From: an uncultured Clostridia bacterium
GTDB taxonomy: Bacteria > Bacillota > Clostridia > TANB77 > CAG-508
Assembly (NCBI GenBank): GCA_963556905.1
Contig: CAUWAY010000005.1
Location: 279 to 64,278 of the forward strand
Reading direction: 5' to 3'
Length of the DNA: 64,000 bases
A model generated the notes under the pieces. That model was not told where the DNA came from, made no database searches, and saw only the letters and a program-made list of their open reading frames with translations. The translations under genes were made by a program, and so were the position numbers. Shown here in pieces: positions 51,105 through 61,017 of this stretch (its first letter is position 1; every line of letters starts with the position of its first letter).

Positions 51105-51875
51105 TTGATAAATTTTATAATTAATGCAATAAAAATAATATTTCTACTAGGATTTTTAATATTTATACATGAAGGAGGACACTTCCTAGTTGCAAAATTA
51201 TGCAAAGTAAAAGTAAATGAATTTGCAATAGGATTTGGAAAAACAATATGGTCAAAACAAGGAAAAGAAACAAAATATGCAATTAGAATGATTCCTTTAG
51301 GTGGATTTTGTGCAATGGAAGGAGAAGACGAAGAATCAGAACAAGAAGGAGCTTTTTCAAAAGCAAGTCTAGGTAAAAGATTTGCAATAGTAGTTGCAGG
51401 AGCAGCAGTAAACATTTTATTTGGCTTAGCAGTATACTTTACTTTAATGTCAACAGTAGGATTACAATTTGTAGATCCAGCAAGAGATACATTTATAAAT
51501 AGAATATATTATGGAGGAAAAGCAACAGGAGAATTCATATTAGCAATGTTAGAAAGTTTAAGAACTTTATTTACAGGAGGATTTGCACCAGACCAAATGG
51601 TAGGAATTGTTGGAATATCAGAAGTAGTTGCTCAAACAACTGGAATAGCAAACTATATTTATCTATTATCTGTAATATCAATATCTTTAGGAATTACAAA
51701 TTTATTACCAATACCTGCATTAGATGGTGGCAAAATTTTAATATTAATTATAGAAGCTATAAGAAGAAAACCTATGAAAATGGAAACAGAGGCAAAAATT
51801 CAAATGTTAGGCTTTTCGATATTAATTGCAATTTCCTTAATCGTAATGTATAATGACATAGTAAGAATATTATAG
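51105..51875 (+). CDS. M50 site-2 metalloprotease, RseP/RasP-like but short (256 aa, apparently no PDZ domain)
   Basis: HEGGHFLVAK (HExxH) in TM1 and a C-terminal NLLPIPALDGG motif. TTG start 6 nt after AGGAGG. Conserved position after cdsA. Confidence 0.85.
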   Translation: MINFIINAIKIIFLLGFLIFIHEGGHFLVAKLCKVKVNEFAIGFGKTIWSKQGKETKYAIRMIPLGGFCAMEGEDEESEQEGAFSKASLGKRFAIVVAGAAVNILFGLAVYFTLMSTVGLQFVDPARDTFINRIYYGGKATGEFILAMLESLRTLFTGGFAPDQMVGIVGISEVVAQTTGIANYIYLLSVISISLGITNLLPIPALDGGKILILIIEAIRRKPMKMETEAKIQMLGFSILIAISLIVMYNDIVRIL

Positions 51876-51889
51876 GAGAGGGGATTCAT

Positions 51890-52414
51890 ATGATAAAAAC
51901 AGAAATAAAAGGCAAAGTACAAAAAGAAGAAAAAACAAAAAGAAGAAAAAACTCACCAAAAGGAGTAGAACTAATTACGTTAGCAATAACTATAGTAGTA
52001 ATGATAGTTATTTCATCAGTATTAGTATATTATTCTACAAATGGAGCTAAAATAAAAAAATTGCGTGATATGGAAAATGATATCGAAATGTTAAATGACA
52101 AAATAAACATATACATTGTAAAAAATAATACATTGCCAGTAAGCATAAAATATTTAGGACCAAGAAAATTCATACCACAAGCAAATGATAATGATGTATA
52201 TTATGTAATAAATTTATCACTTATAAATGGAATATCATTAAATTATGGAAATGATTATTATAGTATAAATACAGAAAGTGATACAAATTCACTTGAAGAT
52301 GTTTATATTATAAATGAACAAAGTCATAATATTTATTATCCAAGAGGAATAAATGTAAATGGAACAACATATTTTACAGTTGATGAAGTAACAAGAGATA
52401 TAACATTATATTAA
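51890..52414 (+). CDS. Hypothetical small protein with basic leader plus pilin-like hydrophobic N-terminal helix
   Basis: KRRKNSPKGVELITLAITIVVMIVISSVLVYY, then an N/Y/I-rich globular part. Good SD (GGAGAGGGG). Confidence 0.65.
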   Translation: MIKTEIKGKVQKEEKTKRRKNSPKGVELITLAITIVVMIVISSVLVYYSTNGAKIKKLRDMENDIEMLNDKINIYIVKNNTLPVSIKYLGPRKFIPQANDNDVYYVINLSLINGISLNYGNDYYSINTESDTNSLEDVYIINEQSHNIYYPRGINVNGTTYFTVDEVTRDITLY

Positions 52415-52457
52415 AATTAATAAATACAAAACAATTATAAAACAGGAGGAGTAAAAA

Positions 52458-54200
52458 ATGTACAGAACATACAATTTAGGAGAATTAAGAATTCAAAATG
52501 TAGGAGAAGAAGTCGAATTATCAGGGTGGATACAAAAAAATCGTAACTTAGGTGGAATGATATTTATTGATTTAAGAGACCAATATGGAATAACACAAAT
52601 AGTAATAAATGATGAAGAATTACAAGAACAAGCAAAAAACTTAGCAACAGAAAGTTGTATTCACATATGTGGTAAGGTTGTGGAAAGAAGTAGCAAAAAT
52701 CCTAAGATGAATACAGGTGATGTAGAAGTTGTAGCAAATAAAATAGAAGTATTAGGAAAATGTAGAAACATTTTGCCTTTTGAAATTAATACAGAACAAG
52801 AAATAAGAGAAGACTTAAGACTAGAATACAGATTCTTAGATTTAAGAAATCAAAAATTACATGAAACAATATTATTACGTTCTCAAATCCTTAAAACAAT
52901 AAGAGATAAAATGGATGAACTAGGATTTGCAGAAATACAAACACCAATATTAGCAAATTCTTCACCAGAAGGAGCAAGAGATTTTTTAGTACCTAGCAGA
53001 TTGCATCCAGGTGAATTTTATGCATTACCACAAGCACCACAACAATTTAAACAATTGCTAATGGTAGGAGGATTTGACAAATATTATCAAATAGCACCAT
53101 GCTTTAGAGATGAAGACCCACGTGCAGATAGAGCACCAGGTGAATTTTATCAATTAGATTTTGAAATGTGTTTTGCAACACAAGAAGACGCATTCAAAGT
53201 AATAGAAGAAGTAATACCATACACATTTAAAAAATTTACAAAGTGGGAAGTCACAGAAGGACCATTTATAAGAATACCATATAAAGAAGCAATGGAAAAA
53301 TACGGAATAGACAAGCCAGATTTACGTAATCCATTAATAATACAAGATGTAACAAAAGTATTTGAAAACACAGATTTTAATGCATTTAAAGATAAAACAA
53401 TAAAAGCAATAATTGTACCAAATGGGGCAGAACAAGGAAGAAAATTTTTTGATAAAATGACAGAATTTGCTACATCAGAAGAAGTTGGAGCAAAAGGATT
53501 GGCATGGACAAAATTTGAACAAGATGGAACTGTACAAGGAGGAATTGCTAAGTTTATAACAGAAGATATAAAAGAAAAGCTAAAAAATCAATTTGAAGTA
53601 AAATCAGGAGATAGTATATTTTTTATAGCAGATGAATTACATAAAGCGCAAAAAGTAGCTGGACTTGTAAGAATAGAACTTGGAAAACGTTTAGATTTAA
53701 TAGAAAAAAATATATATAAATTCTGTTTTATAGTTGACTTTCCAATGTATGAGCTATCAGATGAAGGAACAATAGATTTTTGCCATAATCCATTTTCAAT
53801 GCCACAAGGAGGATTAAAAGCATTAGAAGAAAAAGAACCATTAGATATATTAGCATATCAATATGATTTAGTATGTAATGGATATGAAATGGCGTCAGGA
53901 GCTGTAAGAAATCATGATCCAGAGATAATGGTAAAAGCATTTGAAATAGCAGGATATACAGAAGAAGATGTAAAAAATAGATTTGGAGCATTATACAATG
54001 CATTTCAATATGGAACTCCACCACATGCTGGAGCTGCACCAGGAATAGACAGAATGGTAATGTTAATTGCAAATTCTAATAATATTAGAGAAGTAATTGC
54101 ATTTCCAAAAAATAAAAAAGCAAGAGACTTATTAATGAGAGCTCCATCAGTTGTAACAAAAGAACAATTAGATGATGTACATATTCAAATAAAAGAATAA
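52458..54200 (+). CDS. aspS: Aspartate-tRNA ligase
   Basis: GWIQKNRNLGGMIFIDLRD (OB fold), FYALPQAPQQFKQLLM, QIAPCFRDED and GTPPHAGAAPGIDR class II motifs. Confidence 0.96.
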   Translation: MYRTYNLGELRIQNVGEEVELSGWIQKNRNLGGMIFIDLRDQYGITQIVINDEELQEQAKNLATESCIHICGKVVERSSKNPKMNTGDVEVVANKIEVLGKCRNILPFEINTEQEIREDLRLEYRFLDLRNQKLHETILLRSQILKTIRDKMDELGFAEIQTPILANSSPEGARDFLVPSRLHPGEFYALPQAPQQFKQLLMVGGFDKYYQIAPCFRDEDPRADRAPGEFYQLDFEMCFATQEDAFKVIEEVIPYTFKKFTKWEVTEGPFIRIPYKEAMEKYGIDKPDLRNPLIIQDVTKVFENTDFNAFKDKTIKAIIVPNGAEQGRKFFDKMTEFATSEEVGAKGLAWTKFEQDGTVQGGIAKFITEDIKEKLKNQFEVKSGDSIFFIADELHKAQKVAGLVRIELGKRLDLIEKNIYKFCFIVDFPMYELSDEGTIDFCHNPFSMPQGGLKALEEKEPLDILAYQYDLVCNGYEMASGAVRNHDPEIMVKAFEIAGYTEEDVKNRFGALYNAFQYGTPPHAGAAPGIDRMVMLIANSNNIREVIAFPKNKKARDLLMRAPSVVTKEQLDDVHIQIKE

Positions 54201-54235
54201 TATATATGAGCAATAGGGCTAAAACAAATAAGTAC

Positions 54236-54264
54236 TTTACAAAACTTGAAAAAAGTGATATAAT
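54236..54264 (+). promoter_or_regulatory. Sigma-A-type promoter of pheST
   Basis: TTTACA-N17-TATAAT with extended TGa. Confidence 0.65.
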
Positions 54265-54270
54265 ACGAAA

Positions 54271-54299
54271 AGATTCGTCCTATTAAGGACGGATTTTTT
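54271..54299 (+). terminator. Terminator-like hairpin plus T-run immediately downstream of the pheS promoter -10
   Basis: agattcgtcc-tattaa-ggacggattt followed by ttttt. It could be the aspS terminator and/or a pheST leader attenuator. Confidence 0.6.
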
Positions 54300-54325
54300 G
54301 TAACCAAGAGAGGGGTAAACACAAA

Positions 54326-55441
54326 ATGAAAGAACAAATTGCTAAAATAAAAGAAAATGCATTAAAAGAAATTGAAGAAATCAAAAAAAATCAACAAAAA
54401 ATAAAAGAAGAAAAAGAACTTAATGAAAAAATGCAAAATGAAATAGAGAATATAATGAAAAGACTAAATGAAATAAAAGTAAAATATTTAGGAAAAAAAG
54501 GAGAATTAACAAGTGTTCTAAGAGGAATGGGAAGCCTATCTCCTGAAGAAAGACCAATTATAGGAAGTTTAGTAAATGAAGTAAGAGACGAAATAGAACA
54601 AAAAATACAAGAAACAGAAAAAGAAGTAGAAGAATTAGAACTAAAAGTAAAACTAGAAAGTGAAACAATAGATATAACATTACCAAGTACAAAAATACAT
54701 AGAGGAAGTAAACATCCTGTAAATAGAGTAATAGAAGAAATAGAAGACCTATTTGTTTCAATGGGATATGATGTAGTAACAGGACCAGAGCTAGAAACAG
54801 ACGAATTTTGTTTTGAAAGATTAAATTTACCTAAAGGACATCCAGCAAGAGACATGCAAGATAGTTTTTATATAACAAATGAATATTTATTAAGAACCCA
54901 AACGTCATCAGTTCAAGCAAGAACAATGTTATCAAATACAGAAAAAACACCAATAAGAATGATATGTGCAGGAAAAACATATCGTAGAGAAGATGATGCA
55001 ACACATTCACATCAATTTGGTCAAGTTGAAGGATTAGTAATAGATAAAAAAGAAAGAAATGTATCACTTGCAGATTTAAAGGGAACTTTAGAAGTATTTG
55101 TAAAAAAATTAATAGGAAAAAATTGTGAATTACGATTCAGACCAAGCTATTTCCCATTTACAGAACCATCATATGAAGTAGATGTAACATGTTTCAAATG
55201 TGGTGGAAAAGGATGTAATCTATGCAAGCAAACAGGGTGGATAGAAGTATTAGGCTCAGGAATAGTACATCCAAATGTATTGAAAATGAATGGATATGAC
55301 CCAGAAAAATATAGTGGATTTGCATTTGGGACAGGACTTGAAAGATTAGCAATGTTCAAATATGGAATACCAGATATGAGATATTTGTATGCAAACGATA
55401 TACGTTTTTTAACACAATTTGACAGAAAAGATGAAGAATAA
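54326..55441 (+). CDS. pheS: Phenylalanine-tRNA ligase alpha subunit
   Basis: [34 protein letters not shown] and [13 protein letters not shown]. Confidence 0.96.
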   Translation: MKEQIAKIKENALKEIEEIKKNQQKIKEEKELNEKMQNEIENIMKRLNEIKVKYLGKKGELTSVLRGMGSLSPEERPIIGSLVNEVRDEIEQKIQETEKEVEELELKVKLESETIDITLPSTKIHRGSKHPVNRVIEEIEDLFVSMGYDVVTGPELETDEFCFERLNLPKGHPARDMQDSFYITNEYLLRTQTSSVQARTMLSNTEKTPIRMICAGKTYRREDDATHSHQFGQVEGLVIDKKERNVSLADLKGTLEVFVKKLIGKNCELRFRPSYFPFTEPSYEVDVTCFKCGGKGCNLCKQTGWIEVLGSGIVHPNVLKMNGYDPEKYSGFAFGTGLERLAMFKYGIPDMRYLYANDIRFLTQFDRKDEE

Positions 55442-55487
55442 AATTAAAACAAATATCAGGTTATAATTTTCAAGGAGGAAATAAAAA

Positions 55488-57851
55488 ATGAAATTGAGTA
55501 CAAACTTTGTAAAAGACTATGTAGATATAGATGTAGATGTAAAACAATTGGCCGAAGACATGACTAAAGTGGGAAATGAATATGATTCAGCAGAAAAATT
55601 AATAAATGCTACAAAATTAACAATTGGAGAAATTATAGAATGTAAGGAACATCCAGATTCAGACCATTTACATATATGCAAAGTAAATATAGGAACAGAA
55701 ATATTAGACATAGTATGTGGAGCTCCAAACGCAAGAAAAGGAATAAAAGTAATAGTTGCACTAGATGGAGCAGAATTGCCAGACAAAACAATAAAAAAAG
55801 GTATGATAAGAGGTCAAGAATCAAATGGAATGTTGTGTTCAATGGCAGAATTAGGATTAGAAAGTAAATTCTTAAAACAAGAAGATAAAGAAGGAATAGC
55901 AGAATTAGATTCTGATGCAATAGTAGGACAAGACCCAATAGAATACCTAAAAATGAATGATGGAGTTATAGATTTTGAACTAACAGCCAATAGAGGAGAT
56001 TTATTAAGTATATTAGGAATGGCATATGAAATAGGAGCAATTTATGACAAACCAGTAAAAGAAGTTGATATAAATCACAAAGAGCAAGGAGAAGATATAA
56101 ACAAAACTTTTAAATCAGAAGTACAAACAGAAAACTGCAAAATGCTATTAATAAAAAAAGTCGAAAATGTAGAAATAAAAGAAAGTCCTACATTTATAAA
56201 AAATAGATTAATAGCTTCTGGAATAAGACCAATAAACAATGTAGTAGACATAAGCAATTATGTAATGCTAGAACTTGGTCAACCATTACATTTCTATGAC
56301 GCTGATAAGCTAGGAAACCAAATAATAGTAAGAATGGCAGAAGAAGGAGAAAATTTAACAACATTAGATGGAATAGAAAGAACATTAAATAATACAGATA
56401 TAGTAATTGCGGATGATAAGCATGGAGTAGGTTTAGCAGGAGTTATGGGAGGAATAGAAACTGAAGTAGAAGAAAACACCCAAAATATAATTATAGAATC
56501 TGCAATATTTGATTCTGTAAAAGTAAGATTAACATCAAAAAAAATCTTAAGAAGTGAAGCAAGTAATAGATTTGAAAAAGGAATAGATCCAAATAGAACA
56601 TATATGGCAATAGAAAGAGCATGTAACCTATTAGAAAAATATGCAAATGGAAAAGTAATCACAGGAACTGTAGTATATGATAAAACAAATAAAAAGGACA
56701 AAGAAATAGAAATTGAATTTAAAAATATAAATGATGTATTAGGAACTGTAATTCCAAAAGAAGAAATACTAAATGTATTCAGAAAACTAGGATTTTCATA
56801 TAAAATTAATGGAGAAAAAGTATTAGTAACAGTCCCACAAAGAAGATTAGATATATCAATAAAAGAAGATTTAATAGAAGAAGTGAGCCGTATATATGGA
56901 GTTGATAATATAGAAGGAAAACTTCCAATAGTCCAAATGAAAAAAGGGAGTTATGATAAAACGCAAAGAGAAATACGTAACAAAATGATAGCATTAGGTT
57001 TAAATGAAACACTAACATATATATTAATAAATGACCAAGAAGTAAATAATTATACTTTAGATAAATTTGAACCATTAAAATTATTAGACCCAATAACAGA
57101 AGACAGAAACACATTAAGATATAGTATGATAACATCATTATATAAGATATATGAATATAATAATGCACGTGGTCAAAAAGATATATCAATATTCGAAATA
57201 GGAAAAGGATTTTATAAAAAGGATGAAAAATATGGAGAGGATACAAAATTATGTGCATTAATGACTGGAAAATACTCTCTAGGTTTAAATAATAATAAAA
57301 ATGTAGATTTTTATGTAATTAAAGGAATTGTAGAAGAGATACTTGAATATCTTGGATATGCTGGAAGATATAGTTTTATTAAAGATAAAATGCCTAAAGA
57401 AATGCATCCAGGTCAAAGTGCATATATAAATGTAAATGGTACAAATGTAGGAATTTTAGGAAAAATACATCCAAATATAACAAAAGATGATGCATATGTA
57501 TTTGAAATTAATTTAGATGAATTGTTCCAAAAGAAAGTTGGAAAAATGAAATATAAAGAAATTTCAAAATTCCCAAGTGTAAAAAAAGACATAGCATTTT
57601 TGATAGATAAGCAAATACAAGCTAAAGACATTGAAAAGATTATAAAAAGTGCAGGAGGAAGTATACTTTCAGATATTGAAGTATTTGATGTATATACAGG
57701 AACAAATATACCAGAAAATAAAAAATCTATTGCATATTCATTAACATTTATAGACAACAAAAAGACTTTAACAGATGATGAAATTAATAATTTAATGAAT
57801 AAAATTATTGAAAATGTTTGTAAAAAACTTGGAGCAAAAATAAGAAAATAA
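55488..57851 (+). CDS. pheT: Phenylalanine-tRNA ligase beta subunit
   Basis: tRNA-binding domain (HPDSDHLHICKVNIG), B3/4, B5 and FDX-ACB C-terminus; 787 aa, immediately after pheS. Confidence 0.96.
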   Translation: MKLSTNFVKDYVDIDVDVKQLAEDMTKVGNEYDSAEKLINATKLTIGEIIECKEHPDSDHLHICKVNIGTEILDIVCGAPNARKGIKVIVALDGAELPDKTIKKGMIRGQESNGMLCSMAELGLESKFLKQEDKEGIAELDSDAIVGQDPIEYLKMNDGVIDFELTANRGDLLSILGMAYEIGAIYDKPVKEVDINHKEQGEDINKTFKSEVQTENCKMLLIKKVENVEIKESPTFIKNRLIASGIRPINNVVDISNYVMLELGQPLHFYDADKLGNQIIVRMAEEGENLTTLDGIERTLNNTDIVIADDKHGVGLAGVMGGIETEVEENTQNIIIESAIFDSVKVRLTSKKILRSEASNRFEKGIDPNRTYMAIERACNLLEKYANGKVITGTVVYDKTNKKDKEIEIEFKNINDVLGTVIPKEEILNVFRKLGFSYKINGEKVLVTVPQRRLDISIKEDLIEEVSRIYGVDNIEGKLPIVQMKKGSYDKTQREIRNKMIALGLNETLTYILINDQEVNNYTLDKFEPLKLLDPITEDRNTLRYSMITSLYKIYEYNNARGQKDISIFEIGKGFYKKDEKYGEDTKLCALMTGKYSLGLNNNKNVDFYVIKGIVEEILEYLGYAGRYSFIKDKMPKEMHPGQSAYINVNGTNVGILGKIHPNITKDDAYVFEINLDELFQKKVGKMKYKEISKFPSVKKDIAFLIDKQIQAKDIEKIIKSAGGSILSDIEVFDVYTGTNIPENKKSIAYSLTFIDNKKTLTDDEINNLMNKIIENVCKKLGAKIRK

Positions 57852-57861
57852 ATAAAAATCC

Positions 57862-57901
57862 AAAAAAAGAAATATAGTAAAAATTATATTTCTTTTTTTT
57901 T
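57862..57901 (+). terminator. Intrinsic terminator after pheT
   Basis: aaaaagaaatata / tatatttcttttt stem with a long T-run. Confidence 0.8.
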
Positions 57902-58005
57902 TATTTAAAAAATTTTTAGAATTTTTTTAGTACAAGCAGCATATAATATAATAAATGGCAAGAATTTCTAAGGCTTACGGAAATTGGAACAAGAAAGCAA
58001 AAAAT

Positions 58006-58034
58006 TTGACAAAATAAAACAAAAAGTGTATAAT
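58006..58034 (+). promoter_or_regulatory. Sigma-A-type promoter of the 3D-domain gene
   Basis: TTGACA-N17-TATAAT. Confidence 0.7.
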
Positions 58035-58059
58035 AAAAATATCGTTATAAGGAGGAAAT

Positions 58060-58995
58060 ATGATTAATAAAAAAGATAGGGCATCTATCTCTATTACAAA
58101 AATCATTGGTGTAAGTTTAATAATAATATTAATGTTAGGAGTAACAGCAATAGCTACGGAAATAAACATTAGGACAGTTGAAATAACAATGTCTAATGGA
58201 TACCAAATGACAGTTATAACAACAAAAACAAATGTAGAAGAAATATTAGTAGACAATAATATAATAATAGAAGAAGACGAAAGAGTAACCCCAAATTTAG
58301 CTGAAGAAATAAACGAAAGCAACAAAATATTAATAACAAATAAATCAATACAAGAAGTACAAATAGCAAAAATATCTGAAAGTGGAATTGAGACATCACT
58401 AGAAGAAATATTAAAAAGTTATTCACCAATAATAGAAAAAATAGTGGTAGAAGAAGAAATAATACCATATGAAACAATTACAAAAGACGCAACATCAGGA
58501 GCAACAGATACTAGAAACAAGGTAATTCAAAAAGGAGAAGACGGGTTAAAAGAAATAACATATAAAATAAAATACCAAAATGAAGAAGAAATTGAAAGAA
58601 CAGTACTTTCAGAAAACATAATAAAAGAGCCAGTAGATAGAATTGTTCAAATTCAAAAAAATGTAACATCAAGATCAACATCATCAAGAAGTACAGTTGG
58701 ACATACAGATGGAGCAACAAAAATATTTAAAGTAACAGCATATTGTTCATGCGCAAGATGTTGTGGAAAAACAAATGGAATAACTGCATCTGGAACATAT
58801 GCAAAAGCAGGAAGAACAATTGCAACATCTAGCCAATTCTCATTTGGAACTAAACTAAATATAGGTGGAAACATTTATGTAGTAGAAGACAGAGGAGGAG
58901 CAATAAAGGGAAATAAAATAGATGTGTATATGGATTCACATGCAGAAGCACTAGCATGGGGAGTTAAATATCTACCAGTACAAGTTATAGAATAA
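58060..58995 (+). CDS. Cell-wall associated DUF348-G5-3D domain protein (YabE / RpfB-like architecture)
   Basis: TM anchor, DUF348-like repeat, G5-like segment (KVIQKGEDGLKEITYKIKYQNEEEIERTVL) and C-terminal 3D domain (KVTAYCSCARCCGK...VEDRGGAIKGNKIDVYM). Confidence 0.88.
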   Translation: MINKKDRASISITKIIGVSLIIILMLGVTAIATEINIRTVEITMSNGYQMTVITTKTNVEEILVDNNIIIEEDERVTPNLAEEINESNKILITNKSIQEVQIAKISESGIETSLEEILKSYSPIIEKIVVEEEIIPYETITKDATSGATDTRNKVIQKGEDGLKEITYKIKYQNEEEIERTVLSENIIKEPVDRIVQIQKNVTSRSTSSRSTVGHTDGATKIFKVTAYCSCARCCGKTNGITASGTYAKAGRTIATSSQFSFGTKLNIGGNIYVVEDRGGAIKGNKIDVYMDSHAEALAWGVKYLPVQVIE

Positions 58996-58996
58996 T

Positions 58997-59028
58997 AAAA
59001 ACGAGATAGAAATTTCTACCTCGTTTTT
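58997..59028 (+). terminator. Intrinsic terminator after the 3D-domain gene
   Basis: aaaacgagataga / tctacctcgtttt stem (one mismatch) plus a T-run. Confidence 0.8.
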
Positions 59029-59096
59029 ATTATATATAAAATAGAAAATGTAAACATAATAAAAACGAAAATAATGTATAAAATTTTTTAAAACTA

Positions 59097-59125
59097 ATGC
59101 AAAAATAAAAGAAACATGGTATAAT
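59097..59125 (+). promoter_or_regulatory. Extended -10 promoter upstream of lepA
   Basis: ATGCAA-N17-TATAAT with TGg directly upstream of the -10. Confidence 0.5.
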
Positions 59126-59182
59126 AAAATAGTCAAAAAGTATGTAAAAAAATAATAATAAAAATTAAAAGCAGGAGGAATA

Positions 59183-60991
59183 ATGGATCAAGAAAATATA
59201 AGAAATTTTAGTATAATAGCGCACATAGACCATGGAAAATCGACACTTGCAGATAGGCTAATAGAAAAAACAGGATTATTAACTCAAAGAGAAATGGAAG
59301 AACAAGTTTTAGACAACATGGATATAGAAAAAGAAAGAGGAATAACAATAAAATCACAAGCGGTAAGAATGAAATACAAAGCTAAAAATGGTCAAGAATA
59401 TATTTTAAACTTAATAGATACCCCAGGACATGTAGACTTTAACTATGAAGTATCAAGAAGTTTAGCTGCATGTGATGGAGCAATTTTAGTAGTAGATAGT
59501 AGCCAAGGTGTCGAAGCACAAACACTTGCAAATGTATATTTAGCAATAGATAACAATTTAGAAATATTACCAGTAATAAATAAAATAGACCTACCAAATG
59601 CAAGACCAGAAGAAGTAAAACATGAAATAGAAGAAATAATAGGAATTCCTGCAATGGATGCACCATGCATATCAGCAAAATCAGGACTAAATGTAGAAGA
59701 AGTATTAGAAAGAATTGTAACAGATTTACCAGCACCAAAAGGAGATGAAAATAAAGAAACGAAATGTCTAATATTTGATTCATATTATGATAATTATAAA
59801 GGTGCAGTAGCTTATGTAAGAGTAAAAGATGGAAAAGTAAAAGTTGGAGATGAAATTCTTTTAATGGCAACTGGAAAAACATTCACAGTAGTTGAAGTAG
59901 GATATTTTTCACCAGGCACATATATGCCAACTAAAGAAATAAAAGCAGGAGAAGTTGGATATATAGCAGCAAGCATAAAAAGTTTAACAGACATACGTGT
60001 TGGAGATACAATAACACTAAAACAAATACCAGCCAAAGAACCACTACCAGGGTATAAAAAAGTAACACCTATGGTATATTGTGGACTATATCCGATAGAT
60101 GGAAGTCAATATGAAAATTTAAAAATAGCACTTGAAAAATTAAAATTAAATGATGCAGCACTTGAATATGAGCAAGAAACATCATCTGCTTTAGGATTTG
60201 GATTTAGGTGTGGATTTTTAGGATTATTACATTTAGAAATAATAGAAGAAAGACTTGATAGAGAATTTGATTTAGGATTAATAACAACAGCACCATCTGT
60301 AATATATAAAGTACATAAAACTACAGGAGAAATATTAGACATATATAATCCAGCAGACTTACCAACACAACAAGAAATAGCATATATGGAAGAACCAATA
60401 GTCACAGCAAGTATAATGACACCAAAAGAATATGTAGGAAACATAATGGATATATGTCAAAACCGTAGAGGAATTTTCATAGATATGAAATATCTTGATG
60501 AAAACAGAGTAACACTAATATATGATATACCACTAAATGAGATAATATATGATTTCTTTGATACCTTAAAATCAAAAACAAAAGGATATGCTTCATTTGA
60601 TTATGAATTTAAAGAATATAGAGAATCAAAACTTGTAAAATTAGATATTCATGTAAATGGAGAGCCAGTTGATGCACTGTCATTTATAGTATTTAAAGAC
60701 AATGCATATACAAGAGGAAAGAAAATGGTAGAAAAGTTAAAAGAAGTAATTCCAAGACACTTATTTGCAATACCATTACAAGCTGTAGTAGGAGGAACAA
60801 TAATTGCTAGAGAAACAATTTCAGCAATGAGAAAAGATGTACTAGCAAAATGTTATGGAGGAGACATAACAAGAAAGAAAAAACTATTAGAAAAGCAAAA
60901 AAAAGGTAAAAAAAGAATGAGACAAATAGGAAATGTAGAAGTACCACAAGAAGCATTTTTATCAGTATTAAAATTAGATGAAGAAAAATAA
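59183..60991 (+). CDS. lepA: Elongation factor 4 (LepA)
   Basis: [34 protein letters not shown] and a LepA-specific C-terminus ([21 protein letters not shown]). Confidence 0.97.
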   Translation: MDQENIRNFSIIAHIDHGKSTLADRLIEKTGLLTQREMEEQVLDNMDIEKERGITIKSQAVRMKYKAKNGQEYILNLIDTPGHVDFNYEVSRSLAACDGAILVVDSSQGVEAQTLANVYLAIDNNLEILPVINKIDLPNARPEEVKHEIEEIIGIPAMDAPCISAKSGLNVEEVLERIVTDLPAPKGDENKETKCLIFDSYYDNYKGAVAYVRVKDGKVKVGDEILLMATGKTFTVVEVGYFSPGTYMPTKEIKAGEVGYIAASIKSLTDIRVGDTITLKQIPAKEPLPGYKKVTPMVYCGLYPIDGSQYENLKIALEKLKLNDAALEYEQETSSALGFGFRCGFLGLLHLEIIEERLDREFDLGLITTAPSVIYKVHKTTGEILDIYNPADLPTQQEIAYMEEPIVTASIMTPKEYVGNIMDICQNRRGIFIDMKYLDENRVTLIYDIPLNEIIYDFFDTLKSKTKGYASFDYEFKEYRESKLVKLDIHVNGEPVDALSFIVFKDNAYTRGKKMVEKLKEVIPRHLFAIPLQAVVGGTIIARETISAMRKDVLAKCYGGDITRKKKLLEKQKKGKKRMRQIGNVEVPQEAFLSVLKLDEEK

Positions 60992-61017
60992 AAACATAGT
61001 TAAGAAGGGATTTGAAT

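Noticed and set aside
57902-58059. Possible c-di-AMP (ydaO-type) or other riboswitch upstream of the 3D-domain cell-wall gene.
   Set aside because: The consensus promoter (58006-58034) leaves only about 25 nt of leader before the start codon. That is too short for any known riboswitch, and the region upstream of the promoter is low-complexity A/T sequence.
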